Under the pieces are notes generated by a model. That model searched no databases and had not been told where the DNA came from. It worked only from the letters and a program-made list of their open reading frames with translations. The translations under genes were made by a program, and so were the position numbers. Below, in pieces: positions 52,980 through 62,099 of a stretch of DNA of 64,000 nucleotides. Source of the stretch: a virus (taxonomy: Duplodnaviria > Caudoviricetes); the IMG/VR virus record IMGVR_UViG_3300037067_026010, positions 32,001-96,000 of that record, one strand, 5' to 3'. Position 1 is the first letter of the stretch, and every line of letters starts with the position of its first letter.

Positions 52980-53414
52980 TTAGCCTGGAAGCACGATCTC
53001 ATAATAGGCAAAAACCAATTCGGCTTCGGCATACTCCTCCTCCAAGCGCAGTTCCAACTGCAACGGCCCGTAAATACGCGGCGCCGGGGCACGCGCGGCT
53101 TCTTTAATCAGCACCATCAGAATATCGACCAGCAAACGCATGATTTGCAAGCCGCGAGGCTCGGTTTCGACGAGGCGGATGCGCCCTTTCTCGCCGATCA
53201 GCCTACGCCGCCGCGTAAAGGTGAAATTAGAGAGCTTCTGGTACTCCCGCGGCGTCACGGTAATCATGCGAGGATGCTCGCGCGTGCCCGTGTCCCACAG
53301 CTCCAGCAAAGACGTGCGCAGCTGCCCACGCAGCTTGTCGGACAGCACGGTCCCCGGCGTTAAAGCGCTCAGTCGCGTTACGATGTCTTCTTGTACGTCG
53401 TCAGCCATGATCAA
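52980..53414 (-). CDS. Hypothetical protein
   Basis: 144 aa. Confidence 0.65.
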   Translation of the reverse strand: MIMADDVQEDIVTRLSALTPGTVLSDKLRGQLRTSLLELWDTGTREHPRMITVTPREYQKLSNFTFTRRRRLIGEKGRIRLVETEPRGLQIMRLLVDILMVLIKEAARAPAPRIYGPLQLELRLEEEYAEAELVFAYYEIVLPG

Positions 53415-53464
53415 CCAGCTCTGTTCCTGGGTTCATATCGAAGTTGAAGTTGTGCAATAGCCGA

Positions 53465-54187
53465 CTAATGTAGTGAAGTTTCTGCCGACGTACAGAGGAA
53501 TCCGTCCACATCGAACCACGGTTTCGTAACGCGGCCGTGCCAGTTGCGGCCGATCTCGCCCAGATGCACGGTTCGCCGCTCTGGCAATATTGCGTCGCGG
53601 CAGCGTTCCGTAAAAAGCAATTTGCGATCGGCTTCCGGCCATTGTACATCCAATCCGCGTACATAATCCGCGGGCATTGACACCGCGGGGAAACGCATCG
53701 GATGCGCCTTCTGATTCCAGAGTTGGAAGTGTCGCGTTAGGTATCGCAGATCACGCTTTGACGGCCATTCAAGTCGCGGGCGCAGTTCTTGTGCTCTATA
53801 CTGCCGCCACGCCTCGGGAGAGCTGACAATGCGCCGTAGCGCCCCGTATAGCTTTGTCGCACAGAGCGCGCGAGGGGCTAGAACCTCCTTGGCGCTCGCC
53901 GGCAGCAGAATATCGGCATCCAACGCCAATATCCAGTCCAATCTGCCGCACCGATCCGCCAGCAACTTGTGCAATCCAGCCTGCAGCCCGACGGCCTTAT
54001 TGAACGGGGTTCCCCAATCTGCCAGCGTAAAACACGCAACATTGTAGCGCCGGCAAACCGCTCGTGTGTCTTCGTCACCCGGCGTGGTTATAATCAGCGG
54101 CTCGTCGCTTACCGCCAGGACGCACGGCAGCGTCATTAAAAGAAAATCCGCGTAATTAACACAAGGTATCAGCGCCCTCAGCACCAT
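53465..54187 (-). CDS. GT-A fold glycosyltransferase
   Basis: CVNYADFL...FNKAVGL...WILALDADI; start ATG 54187. Confidence 0.75.
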   Translation of the reverse strand: MVLRALIPCVNYADFLLMTLPCVLAVSDEPLIITTPGDEDTRAVCRRYNVACFTLADWGTPFNKAVGLQAGLHKLLADRCGRLDWILALDADILLPASAKEVLAPRALCATKLYGALRRIVSSPEAWRQYRAQELRPRLEWPSKRDLRYLTRHFQLWNQKAHPMRFPAVSMPADYVRGLDVQWPEADRKLLFTERCRDAILPERRTVHLGEIGRNWHGRVTKPWFDVDGFLCTSAETSLH

Positions 54188-54215
54188 GGTTACAGCTCGA
54201 ATCCGGTTGAAGTTG

Positions 54216-55193
54216 TTAGCGTTTTGGTGCGTGCCGCCGCAGATACCGCTCGAACGCCAGATCTCGGACAGCACCTACGTCTATGCGCTGCATCGGATGT
54301 TGCACAGCCCGTGGTTTTACAAGTTTAGACGCAGGCGGCGGTACCACAGCCGGGCGCTTGAAGACTTTGGCCGGTTGTCCTCGAGTATGCGCCGGGGCAG
54401 GTGCCTGCGCAGGCGGCACTCTTGGTGTAACGTACAGGCCAGGCACAGCCGCTGGGCAGGGCAGATACTGCCCATTCCACGGCTGCTGCGGAGTATAGAC
54501 CCAGGGACCTGTCGAGGCGCAAAATACGCCTTTAATACGTTTACTGTTCAGCAGCCTGCCGGACGGGCCGAAGTCGTGATTGGCTCTGGGATGCTCCTGG
54601 TGCAACCCCAGAATTGCAGAATACTCCGGCTGCGACTTGGCGCCGTGAATTAGACAATCGGAAAACCACCAATCTTCGCACCCGACCGTAACGAAGTCTG
54701 GGTCGTAACCGCCTACCCTGTAAACATCTTCTCGCGAACTCGAACCCAGGAAGAACAGCGGATTGTTTACAGGATGCGTATTCCACGAAGGCGTATAGCG
54801 CGGAGCAATTTGTCCGGTAGCTACGTCATAACCGTACACGGTGCCAATCAGAAATCTGCTGGGCTTCAATCCAGCCGTAAGCCGCTCTATCGTATCCTGT
54901 GCAACATGCAACACGTCATCAGATTGCTGAATAACAACATCGCCAAGTGCTGCCTGTAGCGCCACGTTGCGTGCACGGCCCGGTACATGCGCCGCCAGTC
55001 TCGGCAGCTGTATGACCCGCACTTCCGGATACTTTCCGAGGATCTCCTGTGTATTGTCATTTGCCCCGTCATCGACGACAATCACCTCCCAAGCGAATGG
55101 CGGCTGTTGGCAGAATATGCTCGCCAGCGTTCGGTCCAACAGCCCGGCATGGTCACGCGTGGTAATGCAGACGGAACAACGCACGATAGCCAC
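54216..55193 (-). CDS. Glycosyltransferase family 2
   Basis: EVIVVDDG, ARNVAL, QQSDD, GGYDPDF and EDWW. Confidence 0.88.
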   Translation of the reverse strand: MAIVRCSVCITTRDHAGLLDRTLASIFCQQPPFAWEVIVVDDGANDNTQEILGKYPEVRVIQLPRLAAHVPGRARNVALQAALGDVVIQQSDDVLHVAQDTIERLTAGLKPSRFLIGTVYGYDVATGQIAPRYTPSWNTHPVNNPLFFLGSSSREDVYRVGGYDPDFVTVGCEDWWFSDCLIHGAKSQPEYSAILGLHQEHPRANHDFGPSGRLLNSKRIKGVFCASTGPWVYTPQQPWNGQYLPCPAAVPGLYVTPRVPPAQAPAPAHTRGQPAKVFKRPAVVPPPASKLVKPRAVQHPMQRIDVGAVRDLAFERYLRRHAPKR

Positions 55194-55199
55194 TCCTTA

Positions 55200-55928
55200 T
55201 TACGGCGATTTTTGTTGCAACCCCATTCCCGGTGCGTATGGCCAAGGGCTATCCGCAGAACGAAACTTGCCTGCCTTGCGCTTTGCCGCCCACAACGCAT
55301 ACCCGTCAGCGCAACTATACCCCGGCCTGGCGTGATGCTGGTGTATCCCCAGCACGGGAACGTAGCGCGGCTTCAGGCCGAGTCCGTGAATCAGGCATTC
55401 TCCGAACCAGTCGTCGTCGCAGCCCACCACGGTATCGAAATCCGGATCGTAGCCGCCTATTTTATAAACATCCTCGCGCCAGTGCGCCCCCAGAAAGAAT
55501 AACGGCCGTTTGATGTTATTGGCCAGTACGGACGGCGTATAGCGTTCGACGATTGCCCCTGTGCTAAAGTCATAATCGTAGACCGTTGCAATGACGAACT
55601 CGCCGCGCTGTAGCTTACGTACCAACATCTCGATCGTGTTGGCAGCAACATGCAACACGTCGTCGGATTGTTGCAGAATCACATCGCCACAGGCTGTCTG
55701 CATCGCCAAATTCCGGGCTTTGCCTGGGGCAAAACCGGGACGTCTTGGCAAATCAAGGACACGCACGTTCGGATATTTTTGCAGGATTTCGGCGGTATTG
55801 TCGTTGGCGCCGTCATTAACGACGATTACCTCCCAGGCGAATGGCGGCTGTTGCCGCAGTATGCTGGCAAGCGTTGCATCCAGAAATGGAGCGTGATCCC
55901 GCGTGGCGATGCATATCGAACATTTCAT
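55200..55928 (-). CDS. Glycosyltransferase family 2 (paralog of 54216)
   Basis: EVIVVNDG, ARNLAM, QQSDD and GGYDPDF; ATG 55928 overlaps the upstream stop. Confidence 0.88.
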   Translation of the reverse strand: MKCSICIATRDHAPFLDATLASILRQQPPFAWEVIVVNDGANDNTAEILQKYPNVRVLDLPRRPGFAPGKARNLAMQTACGDVILQQSDDVLHVAANTIEMLVRKLQRGEFVIATVYDYDFSTGAIVERYTPSVLANNIKRPLFFLGAHWREDVYKIGGYDPDFDTVVGCDDDWFGECLIHGLGLKPRYVPVLGIHQHHARPGYSCADGYALWAAKRKAGKFRSADSPWPYAPGMGLQQKSP

Positions 55929-56725
55929 TGTAGGCATTTGCGAATAGTCCCGGCTATATACTTCAGCCAATAGGCCATTGTAAGCCTAGCACGATCCCGA
56001 ATTCCGCCGAGCCGGCGCTGTTCCGCCACCAAGAATGCCGGTGTAACCTCCGACCAGTCGTCCACCCAGGCTACCGGCAGCCCCTCGAAAACCCGCACCA
56101 GTCCTGGATAGCGTTTCATAACCGGCCAACGCCTCAGATATAACGCTTCCCAGCTGCGATGGCAATCCAAACCGTGGCCTCGCGGAGCTATGACGAACTG
56201 GTGCTCCAGCAGCTCTCTGCAGAATGCCTCGTAACCCTCGAAGCCCGACGAACCCTGGATGCCGCGCGCCTCCGCGTCATGCTGGCGCGCCGTACACCAC
56301 GGCTGTTGCCCGAAATACGCATAAGCCGGTTGCCGATCCGGCGGAAAAGTCCAGATGCTGCAGTTCAGATAGGCCAGCTTCGTCGGCGCGATACCGGCAG
56401 CGGCCAGTTCGAAAAGCCTCTGGTTCTTGGCAGGCTGCCCCGGGTTATAATCGTTCTCCAGGCCGATGGGCAACGGATGTACGCGCGGGTCGTTGCACTC
56501 GATATTCTGGCCAAACCAGCACTTTAAGCGCGGGTACCTCGCTACGAGATCTGGTGTAATCGCGCGATCACCGTTGTGCGTCACAATACATTCAGCGGTC
56601 GTTGGCACTCTGGCTTCAACCTGATAGCTATCGGCATAGTACGGTCGCATCCCGCGATAGGCTGCTTTAAATTTGTTGCCGCAGATGAGATCTTCATAAG
56701 CATAGGGTCGGCCCGTCATCGTCAC
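55925..56725 (-). CDS. Exostosin/GT47-like glycosyltransferase
   Basis: FVIAPRGHGLDCHRSWEALY. Confidence 0.75.
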   Translation of the reverse strand: MTMTGRPYAYEDLICGNKFKAAYRGMRPYYADSYQVEARVPTTAECIVTHNGDRAITPDLVARYPRLKCWFGQNIECNDPRVHPLPIGLENDYNPGQPAKNQRLFELAAAGIAPTKLAYLNCSIWTFPPDRQPAYAYFGQQPWCTARQHDAEARGIQGSSGFEGYEAFCRELLEHQFVIAPRGHGLDCHRSWEALYLRRWPVMKRYPGLVRVFEGLPVAWVDDWSEVTPAFLVAEQRRLGGIRDRARLTMAYWLKYIAGTIRKCLQ

Positions 56726-56733
56726 CTCCGCTT

Positions 56734-57519
56734 TCAGAACGGGGCCAAAGCCTGCAGCGCCTTACCGATTACGCCGAAGGGCTGATAATTTGTAGGGGAT
56801 ATCAAACCATTCCGTTGCTGACTTTCCGGGTGCGCCCCGAACCAATGGACCCCGATTGTTTCTTCGGATAATGCAGTTGCGTCCGTCCACATGCCGGTCA
56901 CCTGTAAATAACTGAACGGGTAAACCGTTGCCGCCGGCAGCGTGACCACGCGCAACAGCGGATAATGCCGAGCCATGCCTTGCGCCGGATCACCAAAGCG
57001 GCCAGCTACGGCATTGACGCCGGTACTCTGATAGCGATCCGGCCTGTATCCTTTGCGCGCCGCCTGATATACGGCTGCCCATGCCGGGTTACGCGGGCTG
57101 CCGCCTAAGAACCCTACGCCGAAACCGGTAGGCGTATAACAGAGGAAGACATCGCCGTCGACTACGGGCATGGGCCGCACGTATAGGATGTCCATGTCGC
57201 TGAACCAGCCGCCCTCCGTGCTCAATACGTGCCATTCGCACAAGTCGCAGGCATGCGCCGGTGGCAGGTTCGGCAACGGCAGCACTATACTCTTGTGCTC
57301 GACGCGCAGTGCTTTGACGCGATCCATGTAGTCTGCGCCGTGATAATCCTGCGAATCCGAGGATTCCCAACCTCTCCAAGACTTCGCCTTAACTACGGGC
57401 GCCGACCATAGCCGCATGGTCCAGTCCGGATTGTAATAACGGAAAGACTTCAACGTCATATACCGCAGGAATGACATCGGGCCGCCCGCCCAGAAGAAAT
57501 TCATAACCTTAGGTGGCAC
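56734..57519 (-). CDS. GT32 (DxD, OCH1-like) glycosyltransferase
   Basis: PKVMNFFWAG...SFRYYNPDW...GGWFSDMD...VHWFG. Confidence 0.8.
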   Translation of the reverse strand: MPPKVMNFFWAGGPMSFLRYMTLKSFRYYNPDWTMRLWSAPVVKAKSWRGWESSDSQDYHGADYMDRVKALRVEHKSIVLPLPNLPPAHACDLCEWHVLSTEGGWFSDMDILYVRPMPVVDGDVFLCYTPTGFGVGFLGGSPRNPAWAAVYQAARKGYRPDRYQSTGVNAVAGRFGDPAQGMARHYPLLRVVTLPAATVYPFSYLQVTGMWTDATALSEETIGVHWFGAHPESQQRNGLISPTNYQPFGVIGKALQALAPF

Positions 57520-57539
57520 GGTTTGTCCTTTCTCGCGAT

Positions 57540-58244
57540 TTATCGCACGCGGCCTAAAAGCACCAATGCAGGGTTCGTGTCGGGTATTACGATCGGTAAT
57601 TTACATTCCGGAACGGGGTTGGAGGCATTTGGCCAGGCACGGCAACCGACGAAATCGTGAGCGCGATAACCGTCGTTATGTTTTCGCCAAATAAAGTAAG
57701 GTTCGCTGCCGTGCGTCATCGGATCTGCCACTGTGGTCCTTTCAGCAACAAGCCGATCTTGCAACAGTCCGTCCTCCTCTGCGAAGGTCTGGCCGTATCC
57801 TCCTGCGCGACGAAACGCGGAAACGCGCAACGCCCAGGAGGCATGCATCACGTAACCGCCTGCGGACACACCGAGCATCCGTGGCGCACTCCCCGGTTCT
57901 GCAACATAAATCAAGCTCGGCTTGATCCAGTCGCCGTAGGCCAGTGCCCGTGCTGCAGCGGAGAGCGTCCAGGGAAGATAAAGATCGTCATCGTCCATAA
58001 CCTGCAGGGCTTCGACGTCGTTCGAGACTAGCGCAACGGCGGCATCGCGTTTCGCACCCAGATTGGGGTATCGTTGCGTGGTCGACACGAGCCGCCAGCC
58101 GTTGCCCTCCTGGGACTCGTACTGTCCGGCGTCGTCCAGGATCACGAGTTCCTTGTGCGGGTGGTCCTGGTCCAGGAAGCAACGAATAATGCCGCCCAAA
58201 TATTGCGGACGCAGGTAGGTACAACAAACCATCGCGAGCTTCAT
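57540..58244 (-). CDS. Glycosyltransferase family 2
   Basis: CCTYLRP, ELVILDD, LGAKRD and MDDDD. Confidence 0.82.
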   Translation of the reverse strand: MKLAMVCCTYLRPQYLGGIIRCFLDQDHPHKELVILDDAGQYESQEGNGWRLVSTTQRYPNLGAKRDAAVALVSNDVEALQVMDDDDLYLPWTLSAAARALAYGDWIKPSLIYVAEPGSAPRMLGVSAGGYVMHASWALRVSAFRRAGGYGQTFAEEDGLLQDRLVAERTTVADPMTHGSEPYFIWRKHNDGYRAHDFVGCRAWPNASNPVPECKLPIVIPDTNPALVLLGRVR

Positions 58245-58274
58245 TGCCGCTCCTCAAGTGCACTTAGGCGGTCG

Positions 58275-59162
58275 CTACTTGGCGCTATTGTAGTAATCGC
58301 ACCGTGCGCACACGGTAGAGGGTTGCTTCCAGAGTGCCCTGAAGTTGGCCTCTAAAGTCTCCCAGGAATTCACCAGGAGATTGCCGATGCCGGTCTCCAG
58401 CCTGCCGTCGTACGTACCGAAGAAGTCGTAGGCGCAGAAACCGCAGTCGCCATTCGGCCGAACCTGGAGCACGCCGCGCATGCCGTCGCAAAGTAGCCCG
58501 GTCTGCGCGTTACGCAATAGCGGCCCGGTCAACCGTTCCGGATTTTCCCAGTCGATATGCGGGTCGGTTTCGAAACTCACTCGGTAGCCCGCAAAGGCTG
58601 CGCGCACTGCCTGCATGTCCGCGCCGGGCACCTGGTTGCAACCGATGAAAATATTGAATTCCGGCCGGTTCGCATCGCGATAACGAATAAAGTCCAGGAT
58701 CCGCGGATAGATCTTTGCCCAGCTGCCGTTGCCCGTAAGCCGGTCGTATGCCGCACCGACGTTGAACACAGAGAAGACGACTGAAGGAAAGAGCTGCAAC
58801 AACGGCTCGTATTTATCGGGCGTCAGCAGGCTGGCATTGGTATTGAACCCGATATAGCCACCGGGCTGAATAACGTCGATAGACCGGGCGTAGCGCATCT
58901 TCTCGAAGATACCGTCGTCCATCAATGGTTCGCCGCAACCGAACATAGCCCCGATCAGAATGCCGCGCTGCTTGACCTTATCGGCGACGCCTACGAAGGT
59001 CTCGTAAGTCATAACGCCGCGGAAGCGGCGCATGTGTTCGTTGCCGCAGGAAAGGCACCTGTAATTGCAGGTGGAACTGGTTTCGACGTAGGCCACCGTC
59101 GGCCAACGGCGCAACGGATCGTCCCAGGCATGGCACACGCGTTTTTGGGGGTCACAAGTCAT
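58275..59162 (-). CDS. Radical SAM protein with SPASM/twitch-like C-terminus
   Basis: CNYRCLSC, GEPLM, TNASLL; C...VRPNGDCGFC...CARC. Confidence 0.9.
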   Translation of the reverse strand: MTCDPQKRVCHAWDDPLRRWPTVAYVETSSTCNYRCLSCGNEHMRRFRGVMTYETFVGVADKVKQRGILIGAMFGCGEPLMDDGIFEKMRYARSIDVIQPGGYIGFNTNASLLTPDKYEPLLQLFPSVVFSVFNVGAAYDRLTGNGSWAKIYPRILDFIRYRDANRPEFNIFIGCNQVPGADMQAVRAAFAGYRVSFETDPHIDWENPERLTGPLLRNAQTGLLCDGMRGVLQVRPNGDCGFCAYDFFGTYDGRLETGIGNLLVNSWETLEANFRALWKQPSTVCARCDYYNSAK

Positions 59163-59907
59163 GATGTCGGCAGACCTCGGAAAACGTATTGTCGAAGGAT
59201 TTATAGTTGGCTTCCGTGAGCTTGTTCACCCACACGCCGGCCAGATGCGAGCCCGCGAACCAATGGATGCCGATGCTCTCCGCAGGAAGCGGCGTCACGC
59301 GGTCGAAGATCTCCGGCTGTTCGTAAAATACGAACGGGTGCACGTAATTTTTCGGCAGCAGCCGCACCGCGTCGGGCAACGCGGCAAACGCGGCGCGCAG
59401 CATGCGCGTACCGATGCACTGGTAGTCAGCGGGATTCAGAAAATCCGGCGCCAGCGCCAGCAAGGCGCGGCAAGTTTCGCTGCCGCGATTGCCCGCGACG
59501 AAACCTTGCTGGTAATAGTCCTCGATCCTGGTGATGTAGAAATCGGCCGCCGGCAGTTCGCAGGAGCCGAAGCACAGGATGTCGGTGTCCGCATAGATCC
59601 CGCCCTCGTCGTAAATCGCCCGCAGCCGCACGTAATCCGAGCGCGTCACGTCGTGATAATCCCGCACCAGCGGTTCGTCGACCACGGCCACTTCGTCGAA
59701 CAGTTCCCGGGCGCGGGACAGGTAGTCGTCGCCGATGAAGGGATAGTCCAGCTCCTTGGTGCCCCAGGTGATCGCCGTATTCGGCGCCGCCGTCGTCCAT
59801 AGTTTCAAGACGTGTTGCGGGTGCATCCGGCGAAACGAGCGAATGCACAAATACCGAATGAAGGGTAACGGACTGCCTCCCCAATAAAAATGTATTATGC
59901 GTTCCAT
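59152..59907 (-). CDS. GT32 (DxD) glycosyltransferase
   Basis: From ATG 59907: IIHFYWGG...RSDYVRL...GGIYADTD...IHWFAG. Confidence 0.85.
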   Translation of the reverse strand: MERIIHFYWGGSPLPFIRYLCIRSFRRMHPQHVLKLWTTAAPNTAITWGTKELDYPFIGDDYLSRARELFDEVAVVDEPLVRDYHDVTRSDYVRLRAIYDEGGIYADTDILCFGSCELPAADFYITRIEDYYQQGFVAGNRGSETCRALLALAPDFLNPADYQCIGTRMLRAAFAALPDAVRLLPKNYVHPFVFYEQPEIFDRVTPLPAESIGIHWFAGSHLAGVWVNKLTEANYKSFDNTFSEVCRHHDL

Positions 59908-60500
59908 CGTAGCTTGTTTATATGTACCGTGACGCAGCGCATGTGCAATTCGGGATGCTCGGCAAAAACGTGCCGGTGGCAAATGCAACCCCCCGCCTGC
60001 CGGACGATGGCCGCGAATTGCGCCGCAGACCGCAACATCAGGCCGGAAACCCCGTGGATCCATTCGTCGGGCTGGCCCACGCGATTGTCGATTTCCGCAT
60101 TGCTGTCCAATTCCTCGTTGTAGTGGATCGCCAGATAGCCGGAGGGCGCCAAGGCCATGGACAGCACCATGGCCAACAGCTCGGCCAGCTGGATGTCCGA
60201 CATGTGCGGCACGACCCACAAACATAAGGCGACATCCGCGGTATTACAGGGCAAGGCCGTATCGGCGACATCCGCGACGCCTTGCAAGGCCGTCGGGGAA
60301 ATATCGTAAACATGCACTTTCGCCACGCGCGCCGCCAGCTCCCGGATCCACGTGCCGGTGCCGATGCCAATGCAGAGCACGCGGTCCTGCGGCGTGAGTT
60401 GCACCGCCAAGTCCCGCAGATGCGTGTCCAGCGAATGGCCCGACAGCCGCTGGATGTCCTGCAGCTGATGCGCTTCTTCCCAATGTTGCAAACTATCCAC
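59895..60500 (-). CDS. Class I SAM-dependent methyltransferase
   Basis: VLCIGIGTG, YDIS, VVPH and ALAPSG. Confidence 0.82.
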   Translation of the reverse strand: MDSLQHWEEAHQLQDIQRLSGHSLDTHLRDLAVQLTPQDRVLCIGIGTGTWIRELAARVAKVHVYDISPTALQGVADVADTALPCNTADVALCLWVVPHMSDIQLAELLAMVLSMALAPSGYLAIHYNEELDSNAEIDNRVGQPDEWIHGVSGLMLRSAAQFAAIVRQAGGCICHRHVFAEHPELHMRCVTVHINKLRWNA

Positions 60501-61206
60501 TTACGAACTCCCAGGGGCCGCCGGCGGCGCAAAAAACGCCGGCGGCAACTTTTGCGTGATACAGCGCGCGGCTGATTTCCCAATCGTGCTGCGGCCGCGG
60601 ATGCGCTTGGTGCAGCCCGAGGACCGGCACGTACGACGGCGTCAGGCCCAAGCCGCGCATCAGACAGTCCGCATGCCAATCGTCGTCCCAGCCGGCGGTT
60701 TTGAAATCTTCGTCGTACCCGCCGATTTTATAGACATCCTCCCGCCAGCACGACCCCAAAAAGAACAGCGGCCGCCAATCCCCCTCGCCTTGGAACCGCG
60801 GCGTGTACTGGTCCCCCCGCAGGCCGCTCTCCGTGTGAAAGTCATATACCGTCGCGATGCAGAACGCGCCGGGCCGGAGCGCGGCTACCAGGGCCTCCAG
60901 GGTGTTGGGTTCGGCATGGAGCACGTCGTCGCTCTGCTGCACGAGGATTGGAGCGCGCGCCGCGCGCAGCGCCGCGTTGCGGGCCGCGGACGGATTGGTA
61001 AAGCCCGGCGGCCGCTCCCGGCGCAGATAGCGCACCGGAAAGGCGGCGCAGGCGTCGCGCGCCGCCGCCGTCGGGCTGCCGTCGTCCACGACAAGCACCT
61101 CGAAGGAGAACGGTGGACGTTGCCGAAAGATGCTCTCCAACGTGCGGCGTAGCAACGGCGCCTTATCGTAAGAAGCAATCGTCACGCTAACCTGCGGCAG
61201 GGTCAT
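60493..61206 (-). CDS. Glycosyltransferase family 2 (paralog)
   Basis: EVLVVDDGS, ARNAAL, QQSDD, GGYDEDF and DDDW. Confidence 0.88.
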   Translation of the reverse strand: MTLPQVSVTIASYDKAPLLRRTLESIFRQRPPFSFEVLVVDDGSPTAAARDACAAFPVRYLRRERPPGFTNPSAARNAALRAARAPILVQQSDDVLHAEPNTLEALVAALRPGAFCIATVYDFHTESGLRGDQYTPRFQGEGDWRPLFFLGSCWREDVYKIGGYDEDFKTAGWDDDWHADCLMRGLGLTPSYVPVLGLHQAHPRPQHDWEISRALYHAKVAAGVFCAAGGPWEFVSG

Positions 61207-62069
61207 GACGCCCTCGCTTGGACGTGCTGCACGGCGACTCCGGGACGGTAAGGCCAGCTATGCTGCAGATACTTGCCCGCCGCGCATTTCTGCCGGTAAA
61301 TCGCCCGAGCCGGCGCGGAGTCGTACTGCGGCGACGGATGTAGCTGGTGCAACGCCAGGGCGGCCGTATAGACGGACTGCAACCCCAGGCCGGCCGTCAG
61401 ACACTTGCCGTGCCAGTCGTCGTCGTACCAGACCACGTTGGCGAACGCCTCGTCGTAGCCGCCGATCTTGCAGATGTCCTCGCGCCAGCAGGCCCCCAGA
61501 AAAAACAGCTGCCGCTGGTAGCGGCCGTTGCGCGTGATGCGCCCGCTGGCGGGATCGCGGTCGCGCACGTCCGCGAAGACGATCGTACCGGCGCGCAAAG
61601 ACTGCAACAGCTGCGCGATCACGTCCGGGCCGGCGTGCAGCACGTCCGAAGACTGCTGGATCACCACGTCGCCGCGGGCGGCGCGCAGGCTTACGTTCTT
61701 GGCGTAGACGCCGTTGCGGTAGGTGTTGTTCTCCAGCCGGTGGTATTCCACCGGATATTTTGCCAGCATCGCCGCCGTGCCGTCGCTGGAGCCGTCGTCC
61801 GTGACCACGATCTGCAAGGGGAAGCCGTGCTGTTGGCTCAAGATGCTCTGCAACACCGCCTCGAGGAGCGGCGCCTGGTTGCGCGTGGCCATACAGATCG
61901 AAACCAGCTCGCCGGGGCGCACGAGTTTGCGGGCGGTCTGGTAGTTGCCGGTAGGGGCGGCACGCGGACGCGTCAGCGCCACCCGCGGCCGTGTCAGCGC
62001 CACCCGCGGCGGCGGGCGTTGCCGCGCGGTCACAAAAGATGGAATACGCAGTTTACCGGGGGAAAGCAT
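61203..62069 (-). CDS. Glycosyltransferase family 2 (paralog)
   Basis: VVTDDGSSDGT, QQSSD, GGYDEAF and DDDW; the N-terminus has a duplicated PRVALT unit (61972-62010). Confidence 0.88.
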   Translation of the reverse strand: MLSPGKLRIPSFVTARQRPPPRVALTRPRVALTRPRAAPTGNYQTARKLVRPGELVSICMATRNQAPLLEAVLQSILSQQHGFPLQIVVTDDGSSDGTAAMLAKYPVEYHRLENNTYRNGVYAKNVSLRAARGDVVIQQSSDVLHAGPDVIAQLLQSLRAGTIVFADVRDRDPASGRITRNGRYQRQLFFLGACWREDICKIGGYDEAFANVVWYDDDWHGKCLTAGLGLQSVYTAALALHQLHPSPQYDSAPARAIYRQKCAAGKYLQHSWPYRPGVAVQHVQARAS

Positions 62070-62099
62070 GCTACGCCAGGCGATGATTTTGAATTGAGA

